64,000 nucleotides of DNA from Candidatus Eiseniibacteriota bacterium (GTDB lineage: Bacteria > Eisenbacteria > RBG-16-71-46), in the NCBI GenBank assembly GCA_963744995.1, contig CAVUWA010000002.1, forward strand, positions 160,001-224,000. Reading direction: 5' to 3'. The notes beneath the pieces were generated by a model, which was given only the letters and a program-made list of their open reading frames with translations, searched no databases and was not told the DNA's origin. Both the position numbers and the translations under genes were made by a program. Below, piece by piece: positions 19,587 to 28,571 of this stretch. The stretch's first letter is position 1. Every line of letters begins with the position of its first letter.

Positions 19587-20720
19587 CTACTTGCGCAGCG
19601 CTTCGATCCCCGAAGCCCGGCCGCGGGTGTAGTAGGCGTCGCGCAGGCCGGCGAGCATCTGTTCGCGGCGGTCGTAGAGGCGCTTCGGCGTGCGCGGCTT
19701 ACGGCGCGCGAGTGCATACGAAGCCAGCAACGGCAGCCCGATCGTGGAGTCGCAGTAGGCGATGACGGTGTCATTGAGCTTGGAGGGGTCGATCTTGCCC
19801 CAGCTCACGGCCTCCGCGGGCGTCGCGCCGGAGAGGCCGCCGGTGTCGGGCCGCGCGTCGGTGATGGCCAGGTAGTAGTCGTGGCCGCTCTCTTTCATCA
19901 TCGCGATTTCCTGGATGTACGGCTCGGTCTGCAGCACGAAGTTCTTGGGGCTGCCGCCGCCCAGCACCCAGACGGCGCTCTTGCCGCCCTCGGCTTTCGC
20001 GTTCCAGACGATCGCCGCCGTCTCGTTGACGTCGAGGTTGACGTCGAACTCGAGTCCGTTGCCCTCGAGCGCGCGCGCCGCGACGTTCATACCGATCGAA
20101 GAGTCACCGGGCGACGAGGTGTAGATCGGCACGCCCAGCTCGTACGCCGCGGCGAGGAACGAGCGGCGCGTGGCGCCGAGCTTCTTCTCGCGCTCGAGCA
20201 CGTACTTGCCCGCCAGATGGTGGAACTCGGCCGACGACATCTTCCGCTGGAACTCCGGCGCGGCGATCATGTGGTAGTAGAACGCGTCGGTGTCGAGCAG
20301 CACGTTGTAGTCGAAGAAGATGTCGTAGATGCGCACGACGCCCTCTTCGTGCAGCTCGACGTCATCGGCGTCGAAGCGGCCCTGGTGCATCGAGAACCCG
20401 ATGCCGAAGTGGGTGTCGTGGTAGAGGTTCGCGCCGGTCGAGACGACCCAGTCCACGAAGCCGGCTTCCATCAGCGGAATCAGCGCGCTCATGCCGAGCC
20501 CGGCGGGCGTCAGCGCACCGGTGATGGTGAGCCCGACGGTGACGTCGTCCTCGAGCACCTTCTCGGCGAGCAGGCGCGCGGCTTCGTGCAGGCGCCCCGC
20601 GTTGTAGGCGAAGAACGAGTGGTCGATGAGGTCGGCCACGGTCTCTTTTCCGGTCAGCGCCGGGGGCGCAATGCTCCGCCCGGACAGGTAGCCGTGCTTC
20701 TTCTTATGGTTCTCGGACAT
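19587..20720 (-). CDS. speY: Deoxyhypusine synthase-like homospermidine biosynthesis protein
   Basis: [64 protein letters not shown]. Confidence 0.88.
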   Translation of the reverse strand: MSENHKKKHGYLSGRSIAPPALTGKETVADLIDHSFFAYNAGRLHEAARLLAEKVLEDDVTVGLTITGALTPAGLGMSALIPLMEAGFVDWVVSTGANLYHDTHFGIGFSMHQGRFDADDVELHEEGVVRIYDIFFDYNVLLDTDAFYYHMIAAPEFQRKMSSAEFHHLAGKYVLEREKKLGATRRSFLAAAYELGVPIYTSSPGDSSIGMNVAARALEGNGLEFDVNLDVNETAAIVWNAKAEGGKSAVWVLGGGSPKNFVLQTEPYIQEIAMMKESGHDYYLAITDARPDTGGLSGATPAEAVSWGKIDPSKLNDTVIAYCDSTIGLPLLASYALARRKPRTPKRLYDRREQMLAGLRDAYYTRGRASGIEALRK

Positions 20721-20896
20721 GGTCGGCTCCGTGAAGAGTCTGGGTCGGGTGACAGGCCCGGGACATTAACCCGGAGTGGCGCCCGGGCGAAAACGCGCCG
20801 GATCCGCTCGAGGCGGAATCCGACGGGTCCGGTGGCGACCGCCGCCCGGCCATGCCCGGCAGGCGGAAGCAGGACCAGGTGCAATCAGGGCAACTG

Positions 20897-22747
20897 CTAC
20901 AGCCGCCCCGGATTCTCGCCGCCGCCGACCGGCATCTCTTCGCGCTTCACTTCCGGCGTGAAGTCCTCGCCCGGATTGATGAAGCGGTTGATCTCCATCG
21001 CATACTGGCGGTCGTAGAGTTCGCGATACCGGCCGTTCTTCTCGATCAGCGCCTCGTGGGTGCCGCGCTCGACGATCTCGCCGCCCTCCAGGACCAGGAT
21101 CTGATCCGCGTTGCGGATCGTCGAGAGCCGGTGGGCGATCACGAACGAGGTGCGTCCGCGGCGCAGGCGCTGCAGGCCGTCCTGGATCATGGCTTCGCTC
21201 TCGCTGTCGAGACTCGAGGTGGCCTCGTCGAGGATCAGAATGCGCGGGTCGGCCAGAATCGCCCGTGCGATCGCAACGCGCTGGCGCTGGCCACCCGACA
21301 GCTTGACGCCGCGCTCGCCGACGATCGTGTCGTAGCCGTTCTCGAACTGGTCGACGAACTCGTGCACGTGCGCAATGCGCGCGACCTTCTCCACCTCTGC
21401 GTCGCTCGCGTTGGGCTTGGAGAACGCGATGTTCTCGCGCACCGTGCCGTCGAAAAGGAAGTTGTCCTGGAGCACCACGCCGAGCTGGGCACGGTAGCTG
21501 CGCAGGCGCAGCGTGGACAGGTCCCTGCCGTCCACGAGCACGCGGCCCGACTTCGGCCGGTGCAGGGCCATCACCAGTCCGATCAGCGTGCTCTTGCCCG
21601 AGCCGCTCGAGCCGACCAGGGCCGTCGTGCTGCCGGCGGAAGATTCGAAGCTGACGTGTTTGAGCACCTCGACGCCCGGCGTGTATTCGAACGTGACGTC
21701 ATCGAAGCGGATGTCGCCCTCGACCATGCCCGCGTCGGCGCGCCCGCGGTCGCCTTCGTCCTCCGGGGCCATCGCGAGGATCTCGCGGATCCGATCGAGC
21801 CCGGCGAAGGCCTCGGTGATCTGCGTGCCGACGTTGGCCATCTCGACGAGCGGCGCCGCCATCATCGCCGTGAACGAGACGTACATGACGAAGTCGCCGA
21901 CGGTCATGGTCTGGTTCAGCATCGCGCGGCCGCCGATCAGGATCATGATCACGCCGATGATGCCGACGACGACGGTGGACAGTGCGGTCGTCGCCGAGAT
22001 CCCGGTGAGCGTGCGCGCCACCAGTCGCAGCAGCGAGTGCGCGCCGCGCGAGAACACCAGCTGCTCGCGTTTCTCGGCCACGTAGACCTTGACGATGCGC
22101 GCGCCGCCGAGCGACTCGGCGAGCCGGCCGGTGACGTCGGCATTCACCTTCCAGCGTTCACGGAAGATCGGACGCAGGTAGTTGAACGCATACGACATGA
22201 ACCCGCCCGAGAGCGCGAGAATCGAGAGCGTGATCAGCGTGAGGCCCCAGTTGATGTAGAGCAGCACGCTCAGTGCCAGTCCCGCCGTCACGACGCCGCC
22301 GCAGAGCTGCACGATGCCGGTGCCGACCAGGTTCCGGATGCCCTCGGCGTCGGTCATGATCCGCGAGATCAGCACGCCGGACTTGGTCGAATCGTAGTAA
22401 CGGATCGGCAGGCGCGTGATGTGGGCCTGCACCCGCTTGCGCATGTCGCTGATCGCGCGCTGCGCGGCGATGCTCACCACCTGCGTCAGTGCGAACGAGG
22501 TGCCGGCCTGGACCAGCGTCGCTGCGGCGGCCGCCAGCGCGACCGGCAGGAGCAGGTCGGTGCGATGCTTGCCGACGACGTCGTCGAGCAGCACCTTCGT
22601 GGTGCCGGGCAGCACCATGCCCGCGACCCGCGAGACGAGCATGAGCCCCATGCCGATCGAGAGCGAGCGGCGGTGGCGCCACATGAGATCGCGCGATTCG
22701 CGCCAGACGACGGAGAGATTGAGGCGCTTCTTCTTCGGATCGGACAT
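20897..22747 (-). CDS. Fused ABC exporter (TMD plus NBD, MsbA/MdlB-like)
   Basis: N-terminal TM domain; GSSGSGKS, LSGGQRQR, ILDEATSSLD, IAHRLST. Confidence 0.94.
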   Translation of the reverse strand: MSDPKKKRLNLSVVWRESRDLMWRHRRSLSIGMGLMLVSRVAGMVLPGTTKVLLDDVVGKHRTDLLLPVALAAAAATLVQAGTSFALTQVVSIAAQRAISDMRKRVQAHITRLPIRYYDSTKSGVLISRIMTDAEGIRNLVGTGIVQLCGGVVTAGLALSVLLYINWGLTLITLSILALSGGFMSYAFNYLRPIFRERWKVNADVTGRLAESLGGARIVKVYVAEKREQLVFSRGAHSLLRLVARTLTGISATTALSTVVVGIIGVIMILIGGRAMLNQTMTVGDFVMYVSFTAMMAAPLVEMANVGTQITEAFAGLDRIREILAMAPEDEGDRGRADAGMVEGDIRFDDVTFEYTPGVEVLKHVSFESSAGSTTALVGSSGSGKSTLIGLVMALHRPKSGRVLVDGRDLSTLRLRSYRAQLGVVLQDNFLFDGTVRENIAFSKPNASDAEVEKVARIAHVHEFVDQFENGYDTIVGERGVKLSGGQRQRVAIARAILADPRILILDEATSSLDSESEAMIQDGLQRLRRGRTSFVIAHRLSTIRNADQILVLEGGEIVERGTHEALIEKNGRYRELYDRQYAMEINRFINPGEDFTPEVKREEMPVGGGENPGRL

Positions 22748-22980
22748 GAATTCCTTCTGTATGGTGCGAGCGGGAGATCGATCCGGAACAGGGGCGCGGG
22801 ACGCCGGGGCGGGGTGACGGCAGGTTCCGGCGCGCATCGCGCCCGCACATCATACCGGCCCCGGCCGCGGGGCGCGACCGCCGGGCGCGGCGCGCGGCAC
22901 GGGGGAGGCGAACCTCGGAAATGGCCCCGCCGCGCCCGAAACTGCGCCTCGATGGGAGAGATCGAGGGAGGAGGGACAGG

Positions 22981-23541
22981 ATGCACCCGGACATCAGCCT
23001 TCGCCGTTTGCGCGGGTTTCTGCTGACCGCGACGCTCTCGTGCATCGGGGCATCCGGGGTGTTCGCGGCTCCCGCGCCGGCGCCCGACACGACCGGGACC
23101 GCGGCGGTGACCGGGGCCGCACCCGCGACCGAGACTCTGCTGCGGATCCGGCCCGATCCGGATGCCCGCGGCATCATGGCCGGCTGGACACCGATGTTCA
23201 GGGCCACGCTGCTGAGATCCACCGCCGATTCGCTGTGGGTGGTGCCCCTGCGGAGCGGGACACCGGTCGGGCTCGCACTCGCGGACGTTCGGCTCGAGCG
23301 CTACGCCGGACGCAGCAGTCTCGGCGGCGCGGTGACCGGCGGCGCGCTCGGCGTCATGCTCGGGCTCGGTGTCGGGCTGATCGTGGCCGTGGCCACGAAT
23401 GACCGGCACCGGGACAACGAGCTGGCCGGTCTCGCCTTCATCTACCTGCCGGTGACGTTCGCCGGGATCGGGCTGCCGATCGGGGCGTTCGTCGGCGCCA
23501 TACGCGGCGCCGATCGCTGGGAGCGGGTGCGGCTGCCCTGA
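22981..23541 (+). CDS. Secreted/membrane hypothetical protein with glycine-rich hydrophobic hairpin (paralog 1)
   Basis: Strong GAGGGAGGAGG RBS; signal peptide; FRATLLR.TADSLWV...LALADVRL; Gly-rich helices; ends DRWERVRLP. Confidence 0.75.
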   Translation: MHPDISLRRLRGFLLTATLSCIGASGVFAAPAPAPDTTGTAAVTGAAPATETLLRIRPDPDARGIMAGWTPMFRATLLRSTADSLWVVPLRSGTPVGLALADVRLERYAGRSSLGGAVTGGALGVMLGLGVGLIVAVATNDRHRDNELAGLAFIYLPVTFAGIGLPIGAFVGAIRGADRWERVRLP

Positions 23542-23563
23542 GGGCCGCGGGGAGAGATCGCTC

Positions 23564-24061
23564 GTGCAGATCCTGCGTTCCGGAGTCCGTCGCGCGCACG
23601 AAGCCGGCCTCGCTGCATTCCTGTGCATCGGGCTCGCATGCGCCGCCGCCGCGGATCCGGCGCCGCCGCCGCCGCCCGGAACGCTGCTGCGCGTGAAGCC
23701 GGCCGGGCACCAGAAGGCGGCGACGTTCAGAGCCACCCTGCTCAGGATGACCGCCGACTCGCTGTGGGTGAACCGCGAGGACGGCGGTGCGCCGGTGACG
23801 CTCGCGCTCGCGGACGTGCGGCTCCAGCGTTTCGCGGGACACGGCCACGGATCCGGCGCCGTGTTCGGCGGCGGCGTCGGGCTGCTGCTCGGGGTCTGCG
23901 CCGGCACGCTCGCCGCCGTCGCCGAGAACATCGACCCCAGCAGCGACATGGCGGGACTCGCGTTCATCTACTACCCGGCGTTCGGCGCCGCGATCGGGTT
24001 GCCGGCGGGCGCCGTCGTCGGCGGGCTCATCGGCCGCGACGAGTGGACGCCCGTGCCCTGA
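23564..24061 (+). CDS. Secreted/membrane hypothetical protein (paralog 2)
   Basis: Shares FRATLLR.TADSLWV, LALADVRL, AGLAFIY.P and IGLP.GA.VG with paralog 1. Confidence 0.75.
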   Translation: MQILRSGVRRAHEAGLAAFLCIGLACAAAADPAPPPPPGTLLRVKPAGHQKAATFRATLLRMTADSLWVNREDGGAPVTLALADVRLQRFAGHGHGSGAVFGGGVGLLLGVCAGTLAAVAENIDPSSDMAGLAFIYYPAFGAAIGLPAGAVVGGLIGRDEWTPVP

Positions 24062-24102
24062 CGGACCGGGCGTGGCACGGGTGCGAACGCCGCCGCCCGC
24101 CG

Positions 24103-25101
24103 CTACTTCGTCACGCGCCCGTGCGGGCCCTGCGCCAGCACCTCGTCGATCTTGTTCTGATCGTCGGGGAACATGCCGACCTTCGCGAGCCGCGGCAGCA
24201 GCTTCATCCAGCGCTGCTCCTTCGCGAACACCTGGTGGAACAGCGCGAGGCCTTCCTTCTCGCGTCCGTTGGTGTACATGCCGACCGCGGCCCAGAACTG
24301 CAACTCGACCACGTTCGGCGCGAGCTTCGAGGCTTCTTCGTACTCTTTCAGCGCCTCGGCCGGCTTGCCCTCCGCGATGAATCCGTCGCCCGCGTCTTCG
24401 TGGTTGTAGGCGCGGCGCAGCGTGATCAGCCGCCGCAGCTCCGCGAGCGGGTGATCGGAGTCCTCGACGCGCAGATCGATGACGCGATCCGCCCACGGCT
24501 TGCCGGTCGACTTCGCCTTCACCACGATCATCGCCGCCGACTGCCTGCCGCGGATGTCGCCGCCCGCCTGCTGCCCGGCCTCGAGCGCCTGCATCATGCG
24601 CTCGGCGAGATCGCCCTTCGCCTTCTCGAACGCAGTCGCCATCGCCGGCCACACTTTGTCGTTCGCCATCAGGTTGGCCTGCACCGAGAACTGCGCACCG
24701 GTCTGCTGCCCGGCATCGGGGATGCATTTGGGTCCGGTATAGGCGGCGACGTTGCCCTTCGCGTCCACCATCGCGACCTGGCGACCCTCGTTGTGCTCGT
24801 CCGCCGCGACCAGCTGATCGAGCGCCTCCTTCGCGGTCCTGCCCTGGCGCATGAGATCCAGCCCGTTCGGGCCGTAGTCCACCAGCACGAGTGACTGCGT
24901 TGCGACGGCGCCGACGCCGGCTTCGGCCCACGGCACGATCGGCCCGACCGAGAAGTAGTGCGACTGCACCGCGACGCCCATCTCGCCCGTTTCGGGATCG
25001 CGCGCGACGATCGAGAACGTGTGCACCAGCGGGGCGGGGGCCGGGGCGCCCTGCGGCACGACGATCGCCGCGGTCAGCGGCAGGAGAAAGGACCAGTCCA
25101 T
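24103..25101 (-). CDS. DUF1028 (Ntn-hydrolase-like) protein with C-terminal TPR
   Basis: HTFSIVARDPETGEMGVAVQSH, GVGAVATQS, GGDIRGRQSAA, DLRVED; GGAGG RBS. Confidence 0.88.
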   Translation of the reverse strand: MDWSFLLPLTAAIVVPQGAPAPAPLVHTFSIVARDPETGEMGVAVQSHYFSVGPIVPWAEAGVGAVATQSLVLVDYGPNGLDLMRQGRTAKEALDQLVAADEHNEGRQVAMVDAKGNVAAYTGPKCIPDAGQQTGAQFSVQANLMANDKVWPAMATAFEKAKGDLAERMMQALEAGQQAGGDIRGRQSAAMIVVKAKSTGKPWADRVIDLRVEDSDHPLAELRRLITLRRAYNHEDAGDGFIAEGKPAEALKEYEEASKLAPNVVELQFWAAVGMYTNGREKEGLALFHQVFAKEQRWMKLLPRLAKVGMFPDDQNKIDEVLAQGPHGRVTK

Positions 25102-25243
25102 GGGTGCCTCCAGGAGATCATGGGAATGCGCTCGCTCACGGCTTGAAGCGGGGAGCATACGACTCGAAACGGGCGACTGCGACTGCGGCCTCATGGCCCG
25201 CGCCGCCCTGGTCGCGCCGCGCAACAGGTCTTATGCTGCGCCC

Positions 25244-25711
25244 ATGCGCCGTCTCGTCCTTGCCGTATGCATGCTCGCCGCAGCGGCTCCGGCCCCGGCC
25301 GACGAGAACCCGTGGAACGCAGCGGGAGCGCGCGTGCGTCTCCAGTTGAAGGAAGAAGGCCGTCCGGCCACGCGGGCCGGTTTTCGTTTCGAGGCCGTCA
25401 TGAACCGCATCGACGCCGATTCCATGTGGGTCACGCCGCGCGGCAGCAGCGCCGTCACCGCGCTCGCGCTCGACGGCGTGCAGCATCTCGACGTGTACGC
25501 TGGACGCGACCATCCGGCGGGCATGCGTCGCGGCTTTGTGATCGGGCTCGGCGCGGGCGTCGCAGGCGGGCTGGCGATCTCGGTGCTGCTCGGCACGGCG
25601 GACGACGCGAGCTTCGGCGACGGCTTCGCCTTCGCGATTCCGCTGGGAGCGATCGGGGGCGCTGCAGCGGGCGCGCTGGTGGGAAGAGACCGCTGGGACC
25701 GGGCGTGGTGA
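25244..25711 (+). CDS. Secreted/membrane hypothetical protein (diverged paralog 3)
   Basis: Signal peptide MRRLVLAVCMLAAAAPAPA; DADSMWV...LALDGV..L; Gly-rich helices; ends GRDRWDRAW. Confidence 0.7.
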   Translation: MRRLVLAVCMLAAAAPAPADENPWNAAGARVRLQLKEEGRPATRAGFRFEAVMNRIDADSMWVTPRGSSAVTALALDGVQHLDVYAGRDHPAGMRRGFVIGLGAGVAGGLAISVLLGTADDASFGDGFAFAIPLGAIGGAAAGALVGRDRWDRAW

Positions 25712-27963
25712 GGGTCAGAGCCTCCGGCCTCGTCGCCCTCGCACTGTCGTGCGTGGCCGTACCCGCGTTCGCCGACGGGCGCCCGACCGTCCCTGCCGTG
25801 AAGATCGAAGGCGAGATCCGGATCGACGGCATCATGGACGAACCCGAATGGGCCGCGGCCACGCCGATCACCGGCTTCCGGCTGATCGAGGTACGCGAGG
25901 GTCAGATGCCGTCCGAGTCCACCGAGGTGCGCATCCTCTACGACTCGGAGCGGATCTACGTCGGGATCTGGTGCGGCAACCGCGGGCCGGGCGCGATCCG
26001 CTCGAGCCTCGCGCCGCGCGACGAGAACCTCGACGATGATCAGATCGCGGTGCACTTCGATACGTATCGCGACCGGCGCCGCGCCTACATTTTCGGCGTG
26101 AACGCCGACGGCGTGCAGATGGACGGCATTCTCGACGGCGACGAGCCGGACTTCAGCTGGGACGCCGTATGGGACGCCGAGGCGAAGCGCGTGATGGGCG
26201 GCTGGACGGCGGAGATGGCGATCCCGGTGCGCGAGATGCGCTTCCCCGCCGACGGCGGCGGCGCGTGGGGAATCTGGTTCCGGCGCCAGATCACCAAGAA
26301 CGACGAAGTGTGCTCGTGGCCGCTGTGGCGGCAGGAGGATCAGGGCGCGATCATGCTGCAGGCCGCCGATCTCACCGGCATTCACGGGCTGGTGGGCAGC
26401 GGCGGGCTCGAGGTGCAGCCGTATGCATCGGTGACCCGCGACGAGCAGCGCGGACCACGATTCGGGCCGTCCGGACCGCTCGGCGGACTCAGCCGATGGT
26501 CCGGCGATTACGAGTCGAACGCCGGCCTCGACCTCAAGTACGGTCTCACCTCGACGCTGGTCGCGAACGGGACGTTCAACCCCGACTACAGCCAGGTCGA
26601 AGCCGACGCGCTGCAGATCGACACGAACCGGCGCTTCGCCCTGTTCTACCCGGAGAAGCGGCCGTTCTTTTTGGAAGGGGCGGAGATCTTCAACACGCGC
26701 CTCGATCTGGTCTACACGCGTCGGATCGCCGACCCCGACGCGGGCTTCAAGATCACCGGCAAACAGGGCCGCGTGCGCGTCGGCGCGATCGCCGCGTACG
26801 ACGCCGGCGGCGGTTCGCTCGCCGGCACGGGCGCGCTCGGCCACGAACCGGTTTCGCGCGAAGGTTTCGTCGGGATCGCGCGCACGACGTTCGACATCGG
26901 CGACGACAGCAACATCGGCCTGCTGTACACGGACCGGCGCAGCCGCGATCGAATCGACGGCGTGTTCACGGACGCCCTGACGCCCGGCCTCCTGCCGCAG
27001 GGCGGCGCGAACCAGGTCGTTGCGCTCGACGGCCGCTGGCGCATCACGCGACCGCTGTTCCTCGAGAGCCAGGTCGCGTGGAGCCACACGCGCGTGGACT
27101 CGAGCTCGGACCATCAGGGTGATCGCATCGCCAGGCGGGCCAGCTTCGACGACGCCGGGTACGACGCGCGCCTGCGTTTCGCCGACGGCGTGCGGGATGT
27201 GAGCGTGTATCAGAGCTACCTGGGTCCCGAGTTTCGCAGCGAGACCGGATTTCTCGAACGCGTGGACATTCGCAAGAGCGGTTTCGACAGCGACTTCATC
27301 GCGCGGCCCGAGAATGCCTGGCTGCGCTCGTGGCAGCCGATCTTCAATGCCTACGTCATTCATGACCACACCGGCGGCATTCAGGAGTGGTACGTGAGTC
27401 CGATGATCGACTGGGAATTCCAGAAGTCCACGCACGTGCACACCATGTACGTACGCTCGATGGAGCGGTTCTTCGGGAACGAGTTCGATCTGAATACGCA
27501 CATCCTGAACTTCGACAACTGGCTGTTCCGGCAGGCCGAAGTCTCGTTCTACACGACCGTTGGCGACGGCATCTTCTACGAGGCTGGCCCCGCGGCCTTC
27601 AAGGGCTGGCGCGAGAACTACACGTTCGAGGCCACGCTCAGACCCTCCCCGCGGATGACCTCGGCGGTCAGCGTCGAACGCAGCCGGTTCTCGCGGAAGT
27701 TCGGCGGCGAGGAGATCTTCGACGTCTGGGTGATGGGTGCGAACACGACCTATCAGTTCACCCGCGAGCTGTTCGCACGCGTCTACCCGCAGTACAACGC
27801 GGACGACCGGCACCTCGATGCCGACGTGCTGATCGGCTACGTCCTGCACCCGGGCACCGTGATCTACGCCGGCTACAACGGTGATTTCGACCGCATCGAC
27901 GGCAGCACGCAGGGCACGCACCGCACCTGGTTCGTGAAGGCGTCGTACCGGTTCGTGCGGTAG
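25708..27963 (+). CDS. CBM9-like / DUF5916 outer-membrane protein
   Basis: GTGA coupling; signal peptide; IDGIMDEPEW, WTAEMAIP, NPDYSQVEAD, EKRPFFLEG, YTRRI; C-terminal FVKASYRF. Confidence 0.88.
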   Translation: MRVRASGLVALALSCVAVPAFADGRPTVPAVKIEGEIRIDGIMDEPEWAAATPITGFRLIEVREGQMPSESTEVRILYDSERIYVGIWCGNRGPGAIRSSLAPRDENLDDDQIAVHFDTYRDRRRAYIFGVNADGVQMDGILDGDEPDFSWDAVWDAEAKRVMGGWTAEMAIPVREMRFPADGGGAWGIWFRRQITKNDEVCSWPLWRQEDQGAIMLQAADLTGIHGLVGSGGLEVQPYASVTRDEQRGPRFGPSGPLGGLSRWSGDYESNAGLDLKYGLTSTLVANGTFNPDYSQVEADALQIDTNRRFALFYPEKRPFFLEGAEIFNTRLDLVYTRRIADPDAGFKITGKQGRVRVGAIAAYDAGGGSLAGTGALGHEPVSREGFVGIARTTFDIGDDSNIGLLYTDRRSRDRIDGVFTDALTPGLLPQGGANQVVALDGRWRITRPLFLESQVAWSHTRVDSSSDHQGDRIARRASFDDAGYDARLRFADGVRDVSVYQSYLGPEFRSETGFLERVDIRKSGFDSDFIARPENAWLRSWQPIFNAYVIHDHTGGIQEWYVSPMIDWEFQKSTHVHTMYVRSMERFFGNEFDLNTHILNFDNWLFRQAEVSFYTTVGDGIFYEAGPAAFKGWRENYTFEATLRPSPRMTSAVSVERSRFSRKFGGEEIFDVWVMGANTTYQFTRELFARVYPQYNADDRHLDADVLIGYVLHPGTVIYAGYNGDFDRIDGSTQGTHRTWFVKASYRFVR

Positions 27964-28128
27964 CGGGTCGTCGCGGCTCGCTGAGATGCCGCCGGGCACG
28001 CCACGGCCGCCGCGAGATATTTCTGCCGCCTGCACCGGCCATCGGATGGACTTTCACCGCCGTAATTCTCATTGCCTCATCTGATCCCCGAGCCCCTCTG
28101 CTTCGTTCTCCAGCCCAGCGAGGCCCGC

Positions 28129-28378
28129 GTGCTCCCGCTCGACTCCCGTCATGGCTCGCCTGACGTATCCACGTTCAGTCACCGTCTTCGCCACCTGACC
28201 CTCGTGCTGGCGGTGCTCGCCATTGGGCTGCTGGCGCCACCGCGGCGCGCCGAGGCCTTCAGCCTCGGCGTTCGCGTGGATCTCGCGACCGGCACCCTCC
28301 CCTCCTCGGTGGCGTTCGGGGACGTCAATAGTGACGGCAGCGTCGACATGGCCGTGGCGAACACCGCCTCGAACACTC
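28129..28378 (+). pseudogene. Truncated remnant of an FG-GAP/VCBS-repeat secreted protein
   Basis: Signal peptide (...PRRAEA) then a single FG-GAP repeat 'PSSVAFGDVNSDGSVDMAVANTASNT', after which protein-like sequence ends abruptly. Confidence 0.6.
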
Positions 28379-28571
28379 GGCCTGACGGTCAAAGCCGGCC
28401 CGCGCCTTGCGCAACTTCGCACGGGCATCCAGCACGGAGCGCGCGCGCCATGAAGGTCCCCATATCACGGCGTAATTGTGGGAAAATCCCGCGCGGTCCC
28501 GCCCACCCGGCCGCGTTCCCGTGGCCGCACTTGGCCCCGGCACCGTCATGCACTGCTGAATGCGAGTGCGC

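Noticed and set aside
25231..28035. 934-aa minus-strand ORF and similar long antisense ORFs (4492-6990, 20852-23026, 43875-46106, 46090-49059)
   Set aside because: Shadow ORFs opposite well-supported genes, expected at high GC, with no motifs
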